Both the position numbers and the translations under genes were made by a program. The notes under the pieces are model-generated. The model ran no database searches. It was not told the DNA's origin and saw only the letters and a program-made list of their open reading frames with translations. DNA of 64,000 nucleotides from Thermodesulfobacteriota bacterium. GTDB taxonomy: Bacteria > Desulfobacterota > Binatia > Bin18. Every line of letters starts with the position of its first letter. Positions within the stretch are counted from its first letter, which is position 1. The stretch lies in the NCBI GenBank assembly GCA_964291405.2, contig OZ219926.1, positions 3,072,001-3,136,000 on the forward strand, read 5' to 3'. Below, piece after piece: positions 19,635 through 29,281 of this stretch.

Positions 19635-20750
19635 GTGACGTATAAGATCATCTCTGCTGACTCCCATATGTGCGAGCCGCCGACGCTGTGGGTGGACCGC
19701 ATAGAGCAGCGGTTTCGTGACCAGGCCCCCAGGGTGATCAAAAACCCCGGCGATAAAAAAGGCCACTTCTTTATGTGCCAAGACCTGCCGCCGCTCCGTC
19801 TCTCCGGGGCGTTTGCTGCGGGTCAGACGTTTAATAAGGACTTTATGGAAGCCGGACCCGAGGACGCCCTGCCCGGTGGCTGGGACCCCGCGGCCCGGCT
19901 GAAAGACATGGAGTTGGACGGCATTCAGGCCGAAGTCCTGTACACTACCTGTGCCTTTGTCCTGTTCTGGCTGGAAGACGCCGCGCTGCAACAAGCCTGC
20001 TTCCGGGTCTATAACGACTGGCTGGCCGAGTTTTGCAGTTATGATCCCAAGAAGTTTGCTGGCCTGGGGCTGATCTCTCTGTTTGATATCGAGCAGGGCT
20101 GTGCCGAGCTTGAACGGTGTAAAAAGATGGGCCTCAAAGGGGCCATGATCTGGGCCTCGCCGCCCGATGACCAGCCCTACGGCTCGGCGGCCTATGAGCG
20201 CTTCTGGGCGACGGCTCAAGAGCTTGAGATGCCCCTGTCGCTGCATCTGGCGACCGGACGCAGTAAGGACAGCCAACAGGACGAGTCGGACATTGCCGAA
20301 CTGTATGTGCGTATGATTATTCGCCCCAGTGAGATGCAGCATTCCTTTTTACGGCTGGTCTTCAGCGGGGTGTTGGAACGCTTCCAGCAACTCAAGTTTG
20401 TCTCCGCCGAAGGCGATATCGCCTGGGTGCCGCACTTATTGGAGCGGGCGGATAAATACTACCGGCGGTTTAAGCAAGGCTATGGGGTGAAGCTGTCACT
20501 CAAACCGAGCGAGTACTTCCAGCGCCAGATGTACGCCACTTTTATTGATGACCCCATGGGGCTCAAGACCTACACCCTGGCCGGTGGGGCGGAGAACTTC
20601 ATGTGGTCCACCGATTATCCGCATCAGGCCTCAACCTTTCCGCACACCCAGGAAACGCTGGAGCGAGCCTTTCAGGATGTGCCGGAAGCAGATAAACAAA
20701 AGATGACACGCGATAACGCGTCGAAGCTATACGGATTGCCAGTGGAGTAG
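19635..20750 (+). CDS. Amidohydrolase_2 family metal-dependent hydrolase
   Basis: ISADSH..EP, RLKDMELDGI, YNDWLAEFC and WSTDYPH motifs. Confidence 0.9.
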   Translation: MTYKIISADSHMCEPPTLWVDRIEQRFRDQAPRVIKNPGDKKGHFFMCQDLPPLRLSGAFAAGQTFNKDFMEAGPEDALPGGWDPAARLKDMELDGIQAEVLYTTCAFVLFWLEDAALQQACFRVYNDWLAEFCSYDPKKFAGLGLISLFDIEQGCAELERCKKMGLKGAMIWASPPDDQPYGSAAYERFWATAQELEMPLSLHLATGRSKDSQQDESDIAELYVRMIIRPSEMQHSFLRLVFSGVLERFQQLKFVSAEGDIAWVPHLLERADKYYRRFKQGYGVKLSLKPSEYFQRQMYATFIDDPMGLKTYTLAGGAENFMWSTDYPHQASTFPHTQETLERAFQDVPEADKQKMTRDNASKLYGLPVE

Positions 20751-20754
20751 GCAT

Positions 20755-22011
20755 ATGCAGACACAACACAACGGAAATGGCAGCCATGGCACTTCTTTTT
20801 CCTGGCCGGCAGAGGGTGGCGCACGGGTGCCCTATCAGGTCTTTTATGACCCCGACATTTACGCCCAGGAGCAGGACAAGCTCTTTCGTGGTCCCATCTG
20901 GAACTATGTGGCGCTCGAAGCCGAAGTGGCGCAGCCGGGTGATTTCAAATCTACCTTTATCGGCGACACGCCTGTTGTGGTCACGCGCGACAAAGAGGGC
21001 GGCCTGAATGCCTTCGTGAATCGCTGCGCGCATCGTGGCGCCATGGTCTGCCGTGAACTGAGCGGCAACCGCCCGACCCATACCTGCATCTACCACCAGT
21101 GGAGCTATGATCTCAAAGGCAATCTGACCGGGGTGCCATTCAAGAAAGGGATTGGGGGTGTGGGCGGCTATGGCGAGGATTTTGATCGGGCCAAGCATTC
21201 GCTCCAAAAACTCCGCGTTGCCGCCTATCGCGGCCTGATCTTCGCCTCGTTCAACCCGGACGTTGAGCCGCTGGAGGACTATCTCAGTCCACCCATGCGA
21301 GAATGGCTGGACCGCCTTTTCAATCGTCCCATCCAGGTCCTGGGCCATACCCGCCAGTGGGTGAACGCCAACTGGAAGCTGTATTTTGAAAACGTCAAAG
21401 ACCCGTATCACGCCAGCCTGCTGCATGTGTTCCATGCTACGTTTGGCCTGTACCGTTCGTCACAACAGGGCGGGGTCATCATGGACACTCACTCACGGCA
21501 TGACGTGCTGCACGCCAAGCCGCAGGCCGAGGAAGACCTCTCGACGTATGAATCCGGGCTGCACAGCTATCAAAAGGGCTATCAGCTTGCCGACCCGTCC
21601 GTGCTCAAAGGGCGACCCGAGTTTGAGGGCCTCTTTATCCAGACCATCTTCCCCTGTCTGATTGTTCAGCAGATTGCCAACACGCTGGCCGTCAGGCAGG
21701 TTCTGCCCAAGGCGCCAGATCGCTTTGAGCTGATCTTCACCTATTTCGGTTATGAGGACGACGACGAGGAAATGCGTGAGATTCGGCTGAAACAGGCCAA
21801 CCTGGTCGGTCCGGCCGGTCTGATTTCCATGGAAGACGGCTATGCGGCCGAGATCGTCCAGCAATCGGTGACGGGCGATCACAGCGCGACGTCCTTTGTT
21901 GAAATGGGGGGAACCGAGGTCGCCAACGAACAGAGCCTCATTACGGAAACCGCTATCCGCGGGTTTTGGGGCTATTACCGCGACACCATGGGCTTTCACG
22001 TGGGCGCGTAA
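20755..22011 (+). CDS. Aromatic ring-hydroxylating oxygenase alpha subunit (NagG/AndAc-like group)
   Basis: CAHRG...CIYH Rieske motif, ENVKDPYHASLLH and QANLVGPAGLISMED. Confidence 0.92.
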   Translation: MQTQHNGNGSHGTSFSWPAEGGARVPYQVFYDPDIYAQEQDKLFRGPIWNYVALEAEVAQPGDFKSTFIGDTPVVVTRDKEGGLNAFVNRCAHRGAMVCRELSGNRPTHTCIYHQWSYDLKGNLTGVPFKKGIGGVGGYGEDFDRAKHSLQKLRVAAYRGLIFASFNPDVEPLEDYLSPPMREWLDRLFNRPIQVLGHTRQWVNANWKLYFENVKDPYHASLLHVFHATFGLYRSSQQGGVIMDTHSRHDVLHAKPQAEEDLSTYESGLHSYQKGYQLADPSVLKGRPEFEGLFIQTIFPCLIVQQIANTLAVRQVLPKAPDRFELIFTYFGYEDDDEEMREIRLKQANLVGPAGLISMEDGYAAEIVQQSVTGDHSATSFVEMGGTEVANEQSLITETAIRGFWGYYRDTMGFHVGA

Positions 22012-22020
22012 ACGGGAAGG

Positions 22021-22524
22021 GTGACGGCTATGAGCGGCATGAGCGCTATTGAAACCCGTTTTGCGGTTGAAGACCTGCTGCACGCCTATGTAGCCTGTCT
22101 GGATAATGACGAGCTCGAAGACTGGCCGAATTTTTTTGTCGAAGAATGCCTGTATCAGATCATCCCCCATGAGAATGTGTCGCAGGATCTGCCCATCTCG
22201 CTGATCTATTGTGACAGCCGAGGGATGTTGCAGGACCGCGTGACCGCCTACCGCAAGGCCAATTACTATGCGCCCCATCTGTACCGCCACGTGGTCAGCG
22301 GGGTGCGGATCATCGGCGAGGACAACGGCGTGATTGAGGCTCGCGCCAACTATGTGGTGCTCCAGACCCATCTGGACCCGGTCGATTACGGCAGCACCGA
22401 GGTGTATAGCGCCGGCGAGTATCGAGACAAAGTGATCATCAACGACGGGGTTGCCAAGCTGAAAGAGAAGATCGTGGTGGTTGACACCAGTCGGATCTCG
22501 TCGCTGCTGGCAACGCCGCTGTAA
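22021..22524 (+). CDS. Aromatic ring-hydroxylating oxygenase beta subunit
   Basis: LEDWPNFF, Y.IIP.EN, GMLQDRV, ANYVVLQT, GEYRD and LLATPL motifs. Confidence 0.92.
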   Translation: MTAMSGMSAIETRFAVEDLLHAYVACLDNDELEDWPNFFVEECLYQIIPHENVSQDLPISLIYCDSRGMLQDRVTAYRKANYYAPHLYRHVVSGVRIIGEDNGVIEARANYVVLQTHLDPVDYGSTEVYSAGEYRDKVIINDGVAKLKEKIVVVDTSRISSLLATPL

Positions 22525-22538
22525 CGGTTCTGTCTCTC

Positions 22539-22730
22539 ATGAAAAAGACGGTCCAAAGATTTCGTAGCTTCGAGGAAGCAGACGAAGCCGACTACGTGTA
22601 TTACCAATCCCTGTCCGGTGACGAGAAGCTCCAGATATTGCTTGAGCTCATCATGCCCGAGAACCCCAATGAGGCAGTTATCGAGCGATCTGCGCGAGTT
22701 CATCCGCTTGCTGAACACGAAGAATGTTAA
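22539..22730 (+). CDS. Small hypothetical protein paired with a nucleotidyltransferase
   Basis: 63 aa (FRSFEEADEAD..YYQSLS..EKLQILLEL); overlaps the next gene. Confidence 0.65.
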   Translation: MKKTVQRFRSFEEADEADYVYYQSLSGDEKLQILLELIMPENPNEAVIERSARVHPLAEHEEC

Positions 22731-23124
22731 GTATGTGGTCGTGGGTGCCTGGGCGCTCGCCTTCCACGGGCGGCCTCGTTATACCGGAGACCTCGACCTC
22801 TTTGTGGCCTGCGACCCGGACAACGCGGCAAAGTTGACGGATGTACTTGACGAGTTCGGATTCGGCGGTATTGGCGTTGAGCGTGAAGATTTTTTGCAAG
22901 AAGACGTGGTGATTCAGCTCGGCATGGTTCCGAATCGGATCGATCTGCTCACCGGGATCAGTGGGGTGACGTTCGAGGAAGCGTGGGCCGGACGAGAGGT
23001 TGGACATCTCTCAGGGGTCGAACCCAATATCATAAGCCGGGAACATTTGATCAAAAACAAGCGTTCGACAAACCGTGCAAAAGATCGTGGGGATGTCGAG
23101 CTATTAGAAAAGACCAAGCCCTGA
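22669..23124 (+). CDS. Nucleotidyltransferase-fold protein (DUF6036-like)
   Basis: VVGAWALAFHGRPRYTGDLDL and NKRSTNRAKDRGD motifs. Start moved to the ATG at 22669. Confidence 0.82.
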   Translation: MRQLSSDLREFIRLLNTKNVKYVVVGAWALAFHGRPRYTGDLDLFVACDPDNAAKLTDVLDEFGFGGIGVEREDFLQEDVVIQLGMVPNRIDLLTGISGVTFEEAWAGREVGHLSGVEPNIISREHLIKNKRSTNRAKDRGDVELLEKTKP

Positions 23125-23139
23125 AGGGGCGCGCTGAGG

Positions 23140-23844
23140 CTATTCAAACCCCTGCGTCTCTTCGTCGGCAGTCCGGGGAGCATAGCGCACCGCCCGCTTT
23201 CCGGCCCCCCAGACGATGGCCAGTGAGAGTACGCTCCACAGCCCGGCCCAGATAAAAGCCGGGACTGCGGTCAGCTCCGCCAAAATGACCGCGTCCGTGC
23301 GCATGCCGATAAACAAGAAATCCGTCAGGTCATACACGGCGTACAGCGAACTCGTGACCGCCAGGATGTCCACGATATAGTGTGTGCCCGGAAAAGGCCG
23401 GCGCGAGAGCAGGGCAAAGCTCAGGGCCGTCCCGCAGCCAAATACCAGCCCAAAGCCATTACGCACAAAAACGAGCGTCACCAGCCCGAAGAAGACGGCC
23501 AGTCCAAAGAAGACCGCTGAAGCCCATTCATCCCGGGTTGAAAGCAGGAGCAGCAGGCCACCAAAAAGTGCGCTGCCGATATAGCCGGCAGCGGCAATAA
23601 ACAGCGGGTTGCCACCGACATGCTGGACATAGCCCGACTGCCACGGTGTCACCACCATGGAGATCACCTGTCCGCCGGTGAGAACCGTGGTGAATGCATG
23701 ACCCGCTTCGTGGATAAAGACCACGAAAATTTTAATCGGATAGAGAAACGGCGTGTGCCAGAAAAGCAGCGACACAAAACCGATGGTGAGGAAAACCAGC
23801 AGTTGGCGGAGGTTCAGCGGTCGGAGGTGTTGACTGTCCGGCAT
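23140..23844 (-). CDS. M50B family membrane metallopeptidase
   Basis: HEAGH zinc motif, AAGY and TDA motifs, multiple TM helices. Confidence 0.88.
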   Translation of the reverse strand: MPDSQHLRPLNLRQLLVFLTIGFVSLLFWHTPFLYPIKIFVVFIHEAGHAFTTVLTGGQVISMVVTPWQSGYVQHVGGNPLFIAAAGYIGSALFGGLLLLLSTRDEWASAVFFGLAVFFGLVTLVFVRNGFGLVFGCGTALSFALLSRRPFPGTHYIVDILAVTSSLYAVYDLTDFLFIGMRTDAVILAELTAVPAFIWAGLWSVLSLAIVWGAGKRAVRYAPRTADEETQGFE

Positions 23845-23854
23845 AGTTCATTTC

Positions 23855-23880
23855 CTGGGAGCGCGGGCATCTTGCCCGCC
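23855..23880. repeat. REP-like hairpin at the left edge of the defence locus
   Basis: GGGAGC followed by GCGGGCA-TCT-TGCCCGC palindrome. Confidence 0.45.
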
Positions 23881-23984
23881 CAGCGCAAGTGGGGGGCACG
23901 CCCTGAGAGCACATAGCCTGCACTATACGCAAGAGAAATACTTCAGGTAAAGTAAGCCGGAGCAAAAAAGGTTCCGAAGCAATC

Positions 23985-26900
23985 ATGCCCAGACTTGAAG
24001 AAATTACGCGCGGAGCGGTGGTCAAGGGAGTTCTGCCGGATGGTTTTGTGACGGCCGTGGATGTCAACTGGATCGGTTCAGCCGCTATTGAACTGACCTA
24101 TAAAGACAGTCAGGGCAGGCTGGGCAGTGAGCTGCTCTATCGGGATCGAGAGCCTGCTCTCGAAATCCTTGAGTCCGGGACGCCGTGGAGCTTCGATGGT
24201 GACCCTGCTCTTTTCCGCCTTGTATCAGAGGCGCACCGCATCCGTCTCGCCTATCTTTTCGATCCATTCCTGGCCGTGCACACCGCCCTTATTGACCCGC
24301 TGCCCCATCAGATTAGCGCGGTATATGAGACCATGCTTCCCCGCCAACCGTTGCGCTTCCTGCTGGCAGACGACCCTGGAGCGGGGAAAACGATTATGAC
24401 CGGGCTCTTAATTAAGGAATTGATGGCCCGTGGAGACCTGCAACGCTGTCTGATCGTTTGTCCGGGTAATCTCGTGGAGCAGTGGCAGGACGAACTCTAT
24501 CGGCGCTTTCATCTGCCGTTCGAGATCATGACGAATGACAAGTACGAGGCGGCACGCACCGGCAACTGGTTCACAGAGAACCCACTTGCCATCTGCCGTC
24601 TCGACAAGCTCAGCCGCAACGAGGACGTGCAGGAAAAACTGAAAGCCACCGATTGGGACGTGATCGTGTGTGATGAGGCCCACAAAATGAGCGCGTCGTT
24701 TTGGGGCGGTGAGATTCGCCGCACCAAGCGCTACCAGTTGGGTCAACTGCTGTCTACCGTAACGAGACATTTCCTCCTCCTGACCGCCACGCCCCACAAC
24801 GGCAAGGAAGAAGACTTCCAACTCTTCCTGGCCTTGCTTGACGGGGACCGCTTTGAGGGGAAATTCAGAGATGGCGTGCACTCCGTAAACGCTTCGGACC
24901 TCATGCGGCGCATGGTTAAGGAAGACTTGCTCAAGTTTGATGGCCGACCGCTCTTCCCGGAACGAAGGGCGTATACCGTTGAATATGAACTCTCCGAGGG
25001 CGAAATGGACCTGTACCGGCAGGTTACGGAGTATGTACGAGGAGAGTTTAATCGGGCCGAACAGCTCGCCAACGACGGACGCAAGGGTACGGTCGGCTTC
25101 GCGCTCACGGTCCTGCAACGTCGTCTCGCTTCGTCGCCCGAGGCCATCTATCAGTCGCTCCGGCGCCGTAAAGAGCGTCTTGAGAAACGCTGCCGCGAAG
25201 AAGAACTCCTGAAGCGGGGAGCGAGTGTTCGTATCGCCTGGCAAAAAGAAGTGCCGAGGCTGTCCGAAGACGACCTGGAGGATTTGGAGGACGCGCCGGA
25301 CCAGGAGGTCGAGGCTACCGAAGAGCGGGTGGTCGATCAGGCGTCGGCAGCGCAGACGATTGCAGAGTTGAAGGCGGAAATTACCATCCTGAAAGAGCTG
25401 GAACTGGTCGCTCTTCGGGTCCGTCAGTCGAACTCGGACCGGAAGTGGGATGAGTTGTCTCGGCTGTTGCAAAATCAGACCGAGATGTTCGATGCCCACG
25501 GCCATCGACGTAAGCTTATTATCTTCACAGAGCATCGGGATACGCTGAGCTATCTCCAGGAACGCATCAGCTCCCTGATTGGGAAGCCGGAAGCCGTGGT
25601 CGTCATTCATGGGGGTCTCGGGCGGGAGGAGCGTCGGAAAGCGGAGACGCTGTTTACGCAGGACAAGGCTGTCGAGGTATTACTCGCGACAGACGCGGCC
25701 GGAGAAGGTATCAACCTTCAGCGCGCCCACCTGATGGTGAATTACGACCTGCCGTGGAATCCGAACCGCCTGGAGCAGCGCTTTGGCCGCATCCACCGTA
25801 TCGGCCAGACCGAGGTCTGTCACTGTTGGCATCTTGTTGCCTATGAGACGCGTGAGGGCGAGGTCTACCGTCGCTTACTGGACAAAATAGAGGAAGAGCG
25901 CAAGGCGCTCGGCGGCAAGGTCTTTGATATCCTGGGGAAGCTGACCTTCAATGACAAACCGCTTCGGCATCTGTTGCTGGAGGCGGTTCGCTACGGTGAC
26001 CAGCCGGAGGTACGCGCCCGACTCGATCAGGTTGTTGAGCATGCGATGGACCATGATGCGCTGCGTGCCCTCATCGAAGAACACGCCCTCGCCCATGATG
26101 CAATGGACGCCACGCGCGTTCAGGCGATTCAGGAGGCGATGGAGCGTGCCGAGGTTCGACGGCTGCAACCGCATTTCGTCGCGGCATTCTTTATCGAGGC
26201 GCTCCAGCGTCTCGGAGGAACGGTGCGGGAGCGAGAGCCCAAACGATACGAAGTCACGCACGTCCCCGCTATCGTCCGAAACCGGGACCGCGTCATCGGC
26301 CTGCGCGACCCCGTACTCACACGCTATGAACGCATTACCTTTGAAAAGAATCTCATCAGCACTCCCGGCACTCCCCTGGCGGAGTTCGTCTGCCCCGGCC
26401 ACCCGCTGCTGGATGCCACGCTCGATCTGATTCTTGAACGCCACCGTGCTCTCCTCAAGCAAGGAGCGATCCTGGTCGACGAAGAGGATGCGCATGATGC
26501 CGTGCGAGCGCTGGTCTATTTGGAGCACGCTATTCAGGATGCCAGAACAGACCGGACCGGCAACCGACGTATTGTCTCTCGTCAGACTCAGTTCGCCGAG
26601 GTCACCGAAGACGGCCGTGTTTCGGGAGCCGGCTTCGCTCCCTATCTCGACTACCGGCCACCGACGGAGGCGGAACATACGCTGATTCAGGCGCTGAGTC
26701 AGCCACGTTGGCTGCGGGATGAGATCGAATCCCACGCCCTGAAATACGCGGTTCAGGACCTTGTGCCCAACCACCTTCAGGAGGTGAAGGCTCGCAAGGA
26801 AAAACTGGTGGACAAAACGCTGGCGGCCGTCAAGGAGCGTTTGACCGTCGAGATCAGTCACTGGGATCACCGCGCGGAACAACTCAAGCAGCAGGAGTTG

Positions 26901-27494
26901 GCGGGAAAGGTCAACGCAAAAATTAATTCCGGCAAGGCCCGTCAGCGGGCGGACGAATTGGCGGCCCGCCTTCAGCAACGGATGGACGACTTGAGGCAGG
27001 AACGCCAGCTCTCTCCGCTTCCTCCGAACGTCATAGGGGGGGCGATGATTGTCCCCATTGGTCTGTTATATCAATGGAACGGAACACCGTCCCGCGCCCT
27101 TCACGCTAAGGAAACCCGACGAGTCGAGTTGATCGCAATGAAAGCGGTCATGGCGGTTGAACGCGGACTCGGATTTGTTCCCCGCGACGTGTCGGCCAGC
27201 AAGTGTGGCTATGACATAGAATCCCGCGACCCCACGGGCGAAGCGCGGCTCCGCTTTATTGAGGTGAAGGGCCGAGTCCAGGGGGCTGACACCGTCACCA
27301 TCACCAAGAACGAGATTCTAAGTGCGCTGAACAAACCGGAACAATATATCCTTGCCATTGTCGAGGTTGACGGTGAGACCGCGCGAGCGACCACATATAT
27401 TCGCAAGCCCTTTGTCCGTGAGCCGGATTTCGGTGTGACCAGTGTCAACTACAAGCTGGCCGAACTGCTCGCCAAAGGGGAGGCCCCGCGATGA
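23985..27494 (+). CDS. SNF2-family helicase with C-terminal DUF3883/NOV_C PD-(D/E)XK nuclease domain
   Basis: [29 protein letters not shown] and QRFGRIHR motifs; C-terminal GYDIES...FIEVKG. Confidence 0.93.
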   Translation: MPRLEEITRGAVVKGVLPDGFVTAVDVNWIGSAAIELTYKDSQGRLGSELLYRDREPALEILESGTPWSFDGDPALFRLVSEAHRIRLAYLFDPFLAVHTALIDPLPHQISAVYETMLPRQPLRFLLADDPGAGKTIMTGLLIKELMARGDLQRCLIVCPGNLVEQWQDELYRRFHLPFEIMTNDKYEAARTGNWFTENPLAICRLDKLSRNEDVQEKLKATDWDVIVCDEAHKMSASFWGGEIRRTKRYQLGQLLSTVTRHFLLLTATPHNGKEEDFQLFLALLDGDRFEGKFRDGVHSVNASDLMRRMVKEDLLKFDGRPLFPERRAYTVEYELSEGEMDLYRQVTEYVRGEFNRAEQLANDGRKGTVGFALTVLQRRLASSPEAIYQSLRRRKERLEKRCREEELLKRGASVRIAWQKEVPRLSEDDLEDLEDAPDQEVEATEERVVDQASAAQTIAELKAEITILKELELVALRVRQSNSDRKWDELSRLLQNQTEMFDAHGHRRKLIIFTEHRDTLSYLQERISSLIGKPEAVVVIHGGLGREERRKAETLFTQDKAVEVLLATDAAGEGINLQRAHLMVNYDLPWNPNRLEQRFGRIHRIGQTEVCHCWHLVAYETREGEVYRRLLDKIEEERKALGGKVFDILGKLTFNDKPLRHLLLEAVRYGDQPEVRARLDQVVEHAMDHDALRALIEEHALAHDAMDATRVQAIQEAMERAEVRRLQPHFVAAFFIEALQRLGGTVREREPKRYEVTHVPAIVRNRDRVIGLRDPVLTRYERITFEKNLISTPGTPLAEFVCPGHPLLDATLDLILERHRALLKQGAILVDEEDAHDAVRALVYLEHAIQDARTDRTGNRRIVSRQTQFAEVTEDGRVSGAGFAPYLDYRPPTEAEHTLIQALSQPRWLRDEIESHALKYAVQDLVPNHLQEVKARKEKLVDKTLAAVKERLTVEISHWDHRAEQLKQQELAGKVNAKINSGKARQRADELAARLQQRMDDLRQERQLSPLPPNVIGGAMIVPIGLLYQWNGTPSRALHAKETRRVELIAMKAVMAVERGLGFVPRDVSASKCGYDIESRDPTGEARLRFIEVKGRVQGADTVTITKNEILSALNKPEQYILAIVEVDGETARATTYIRKPFVREPDFGVTSVNYKLAELLAKGEAPR

Positions 27495-29137
27495 GCTGGA
27501 CCCCTGAAAAGGTCAATTTGGTACTGGGCGAGACGGAGGGAGAGTCACTTGAGTTCAAAGAGGCTCAAACGAGCTTTCAATTTGATGAATTAGTCAAGTA
27601 TTGTGCCGCGCTGGCCAATGAAGGTGGCGGGTCAATTGTCTTGGGTATCACGGACCGTCGCCCAAGACGGGTAGTCGGCTCCCAAGCATTCCCACAGCCC
27701 GAACGGACACGAGCCGGATTGATTGAGCAGCTTCATCTCAATATTTCATTCAACCTTGTCCAACATCCTGACGGGAGAGTCCTAGTCTTTGAGGTTCCAC
27801 CCCGTCCAATCGGAATGCCGATTAAGGCTGACGGTGTTTACTGGGCTCGCCAGGGCGACAGCTTAGTCGCTATGTCGGAAGGTCGGCTGCGGCAAATTTT
27901 CGCCGAATCGGGACACGATTTTTCGGCTGATATTTGCCCCACCTTGACGCTAGATGGGCTTGATGAGCAGGCCATCGAAGATTTCAGACGACGATGGATC
28001 GAAAAGAGTGGCAATCACGGCCTCGCCGCCTTATCCAAAGAGCAGTTGCTCGCCGATATCGAGGCAGTGACAGAAGACGGAGTGACGTATGCAGCGTTGG
28101 TCCTGTTTGGCAGTCGTCAGGCGGTACGTCAACATCTGGCACAGGCCGAGGTCGTTTTCGAGTATCGACCGAGCAACGCATCAGGACCGGCCCAACAACG
28201 CGAGGAATTCAATGCAGCCTTCTTTCTCTGGTACGACCGTTTATGGGAACTCGTCAATCTGAGGAACGACAAGCAGCACTTCCAATCGGGCCTGTTCATA
28301 CTGGACGTTCCCACTTTTTCTGAGCGGATCGTGCGCGAGGCAGTCCTGAACGCTGTCAGCCACCGTAACTACCAGCTCAGCGGAAGTGTCTTTGTGAGGC
28401 AATATCCACGCTCCTTACGCGTCGAAAGTCCCGGTGGATTCCCTGTTGGCATCAACGAATCAAATATTCTTGATCGACAAACGCCACGCAACCGACGCAT
28501 TGCGGATATATTTGCCAAGTGCGGGTTGGTAGAGCGTTCTGGTCAGGGTATGAACCTGATGTTCGAGACGAGCATCAAGGAAAGTAAATTGCGGCCCAAC
28601 TTCTCCGGGACGGACCAGTATCAGGTGAACCTGACGCTTGATGGTGAAGTGAGAGATACCCGTTTCCTGGAGTTCCTTGAAAAAATAGGTAGAGAGAAAC
28701 AGGAGTTGTTCAGTACCTCGGATTTTCTACTTTTGGATATTATCCACCGAGAAAAGCCTGTGCCGGAGAAACTGCAAACTCGTTTGCATTCGTTGGTCGA
28801 CATGGGCGTTATTGAACGTTTCGGTCGGGGTCGTGGGGTTCGGTATATTCTTTCCCGGAGGTACTATGCCCTGACCGGTCAAAAGGGACGCTATACACGG
28901 AGAAGGGGACTAGATCGTGATGCTAATAAGGCACTGCTTTTGAAACATATCCAAGAAAGCGTAAAAACTGGCTGTCCGCTGAAGGAATTGTTACAGGTTC
29001 TTCCTGCACTAACGAGGCCTCAAGTTCAGACCTTGCTTCGAGAACTCAGAAACCAGGGCGAAATTCACCATAAAGGAACCACACGAGCCGCCCTATGGTT
29101 TCCAGGGCTACCTTCTCCCCCTATTGCATCTAAGTAA
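27491..29137 (+). CDS. AlbA_2 (Schlafen) + RecG C-terminal (HATPase_c_4) + wHTH protein
   Basis: EGESLEFKEA, ALANEGGGSIVLGITD, REAVLNAVSHRNY, SPGG, RN..IA.IF and VERSGQG motifs; ATGA overlap with the helicase gene. Confidence 0.88.
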   Translation: MSWTPEKVNLVLGETEGESLEFKEAQTSFQFDELVKYCAALANEGGGSIVLGITDRRPRRVVGSQAFPQPERTRAGLIEQLHLNISFNLVQHPDGRVLVFEVPPRPIGMPIKADGVYWARQGDSLVAMSEGRLRQIFAESGHDFSADICPTLTLDGLDEQAIEDFRRRWIEKSGNHGLAALSKEQLLADIEAVTEDGVTYAALVLFGSRQAVRQHLAQAEVVFEYRPSNASGPAQQREEFNAAFFLWYDRLWELVNLRNDKQHFQSGLFILDVPTFSERIVREAVLNAVSHRNYQLSGSVFVRQYPRSLRVESPGGFPVGINESNILDRQTPRNRRIADIFAKCGLVERSGQGMNLMFETSIKESKLRPNFSGTDQYQVNLTLDGEVRDTRFLEFLEKIGREKQELFSTSDFLLLDIIHREKPVPEKLQTRLHSLVDMGVIERFGRGRGVRYILSRRYYALTGQKGRYTRRRGLDRDANKALLLKHIQESVKTGCPLKELLQVLPALTRPQVQTLLRELRNQGEIHHKGTTRAALWFPGLPSPPIASK

Positions 29138-29253
29138 AAAAACTAAAGACCGCTTCTGATGCAATACTATTAGCGTAAGTCTTTGTATTTGAAGGGAATA
29201 TGAGATTTTCGATATTGCATATTTTGCAAGAATATAATTGCGAAGCTGCAATA
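29122..29253. promoter_or_regulatory. AT-rich spacer with two TATTGCA...TGCAATA inverted-repeat pairs and a TATAAT
   Basis: TATTGCATC 29122-29130 with GATGCAATA 29158-29166; TATTGCA 29213-29219 with TGCAATA 29247-29253; TATAAT 29233-29238. Confidence 0.5.
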
Positions 29254-29281
29254 CAGTACGATTCATAAGGCATAGATAACG

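Noticed and set aside
24408-26978. Long antisense ORFs (400 and 367 aa) inside the helicase gene; similar ones at 32229-33203, 33651-34631, 39502-40518, 47198-48355 and 49378-50625
   Set aside because: They are shadow ORFs opposite well-supported genes, expected in GC-rich DNA, and show no recognisable motifs.
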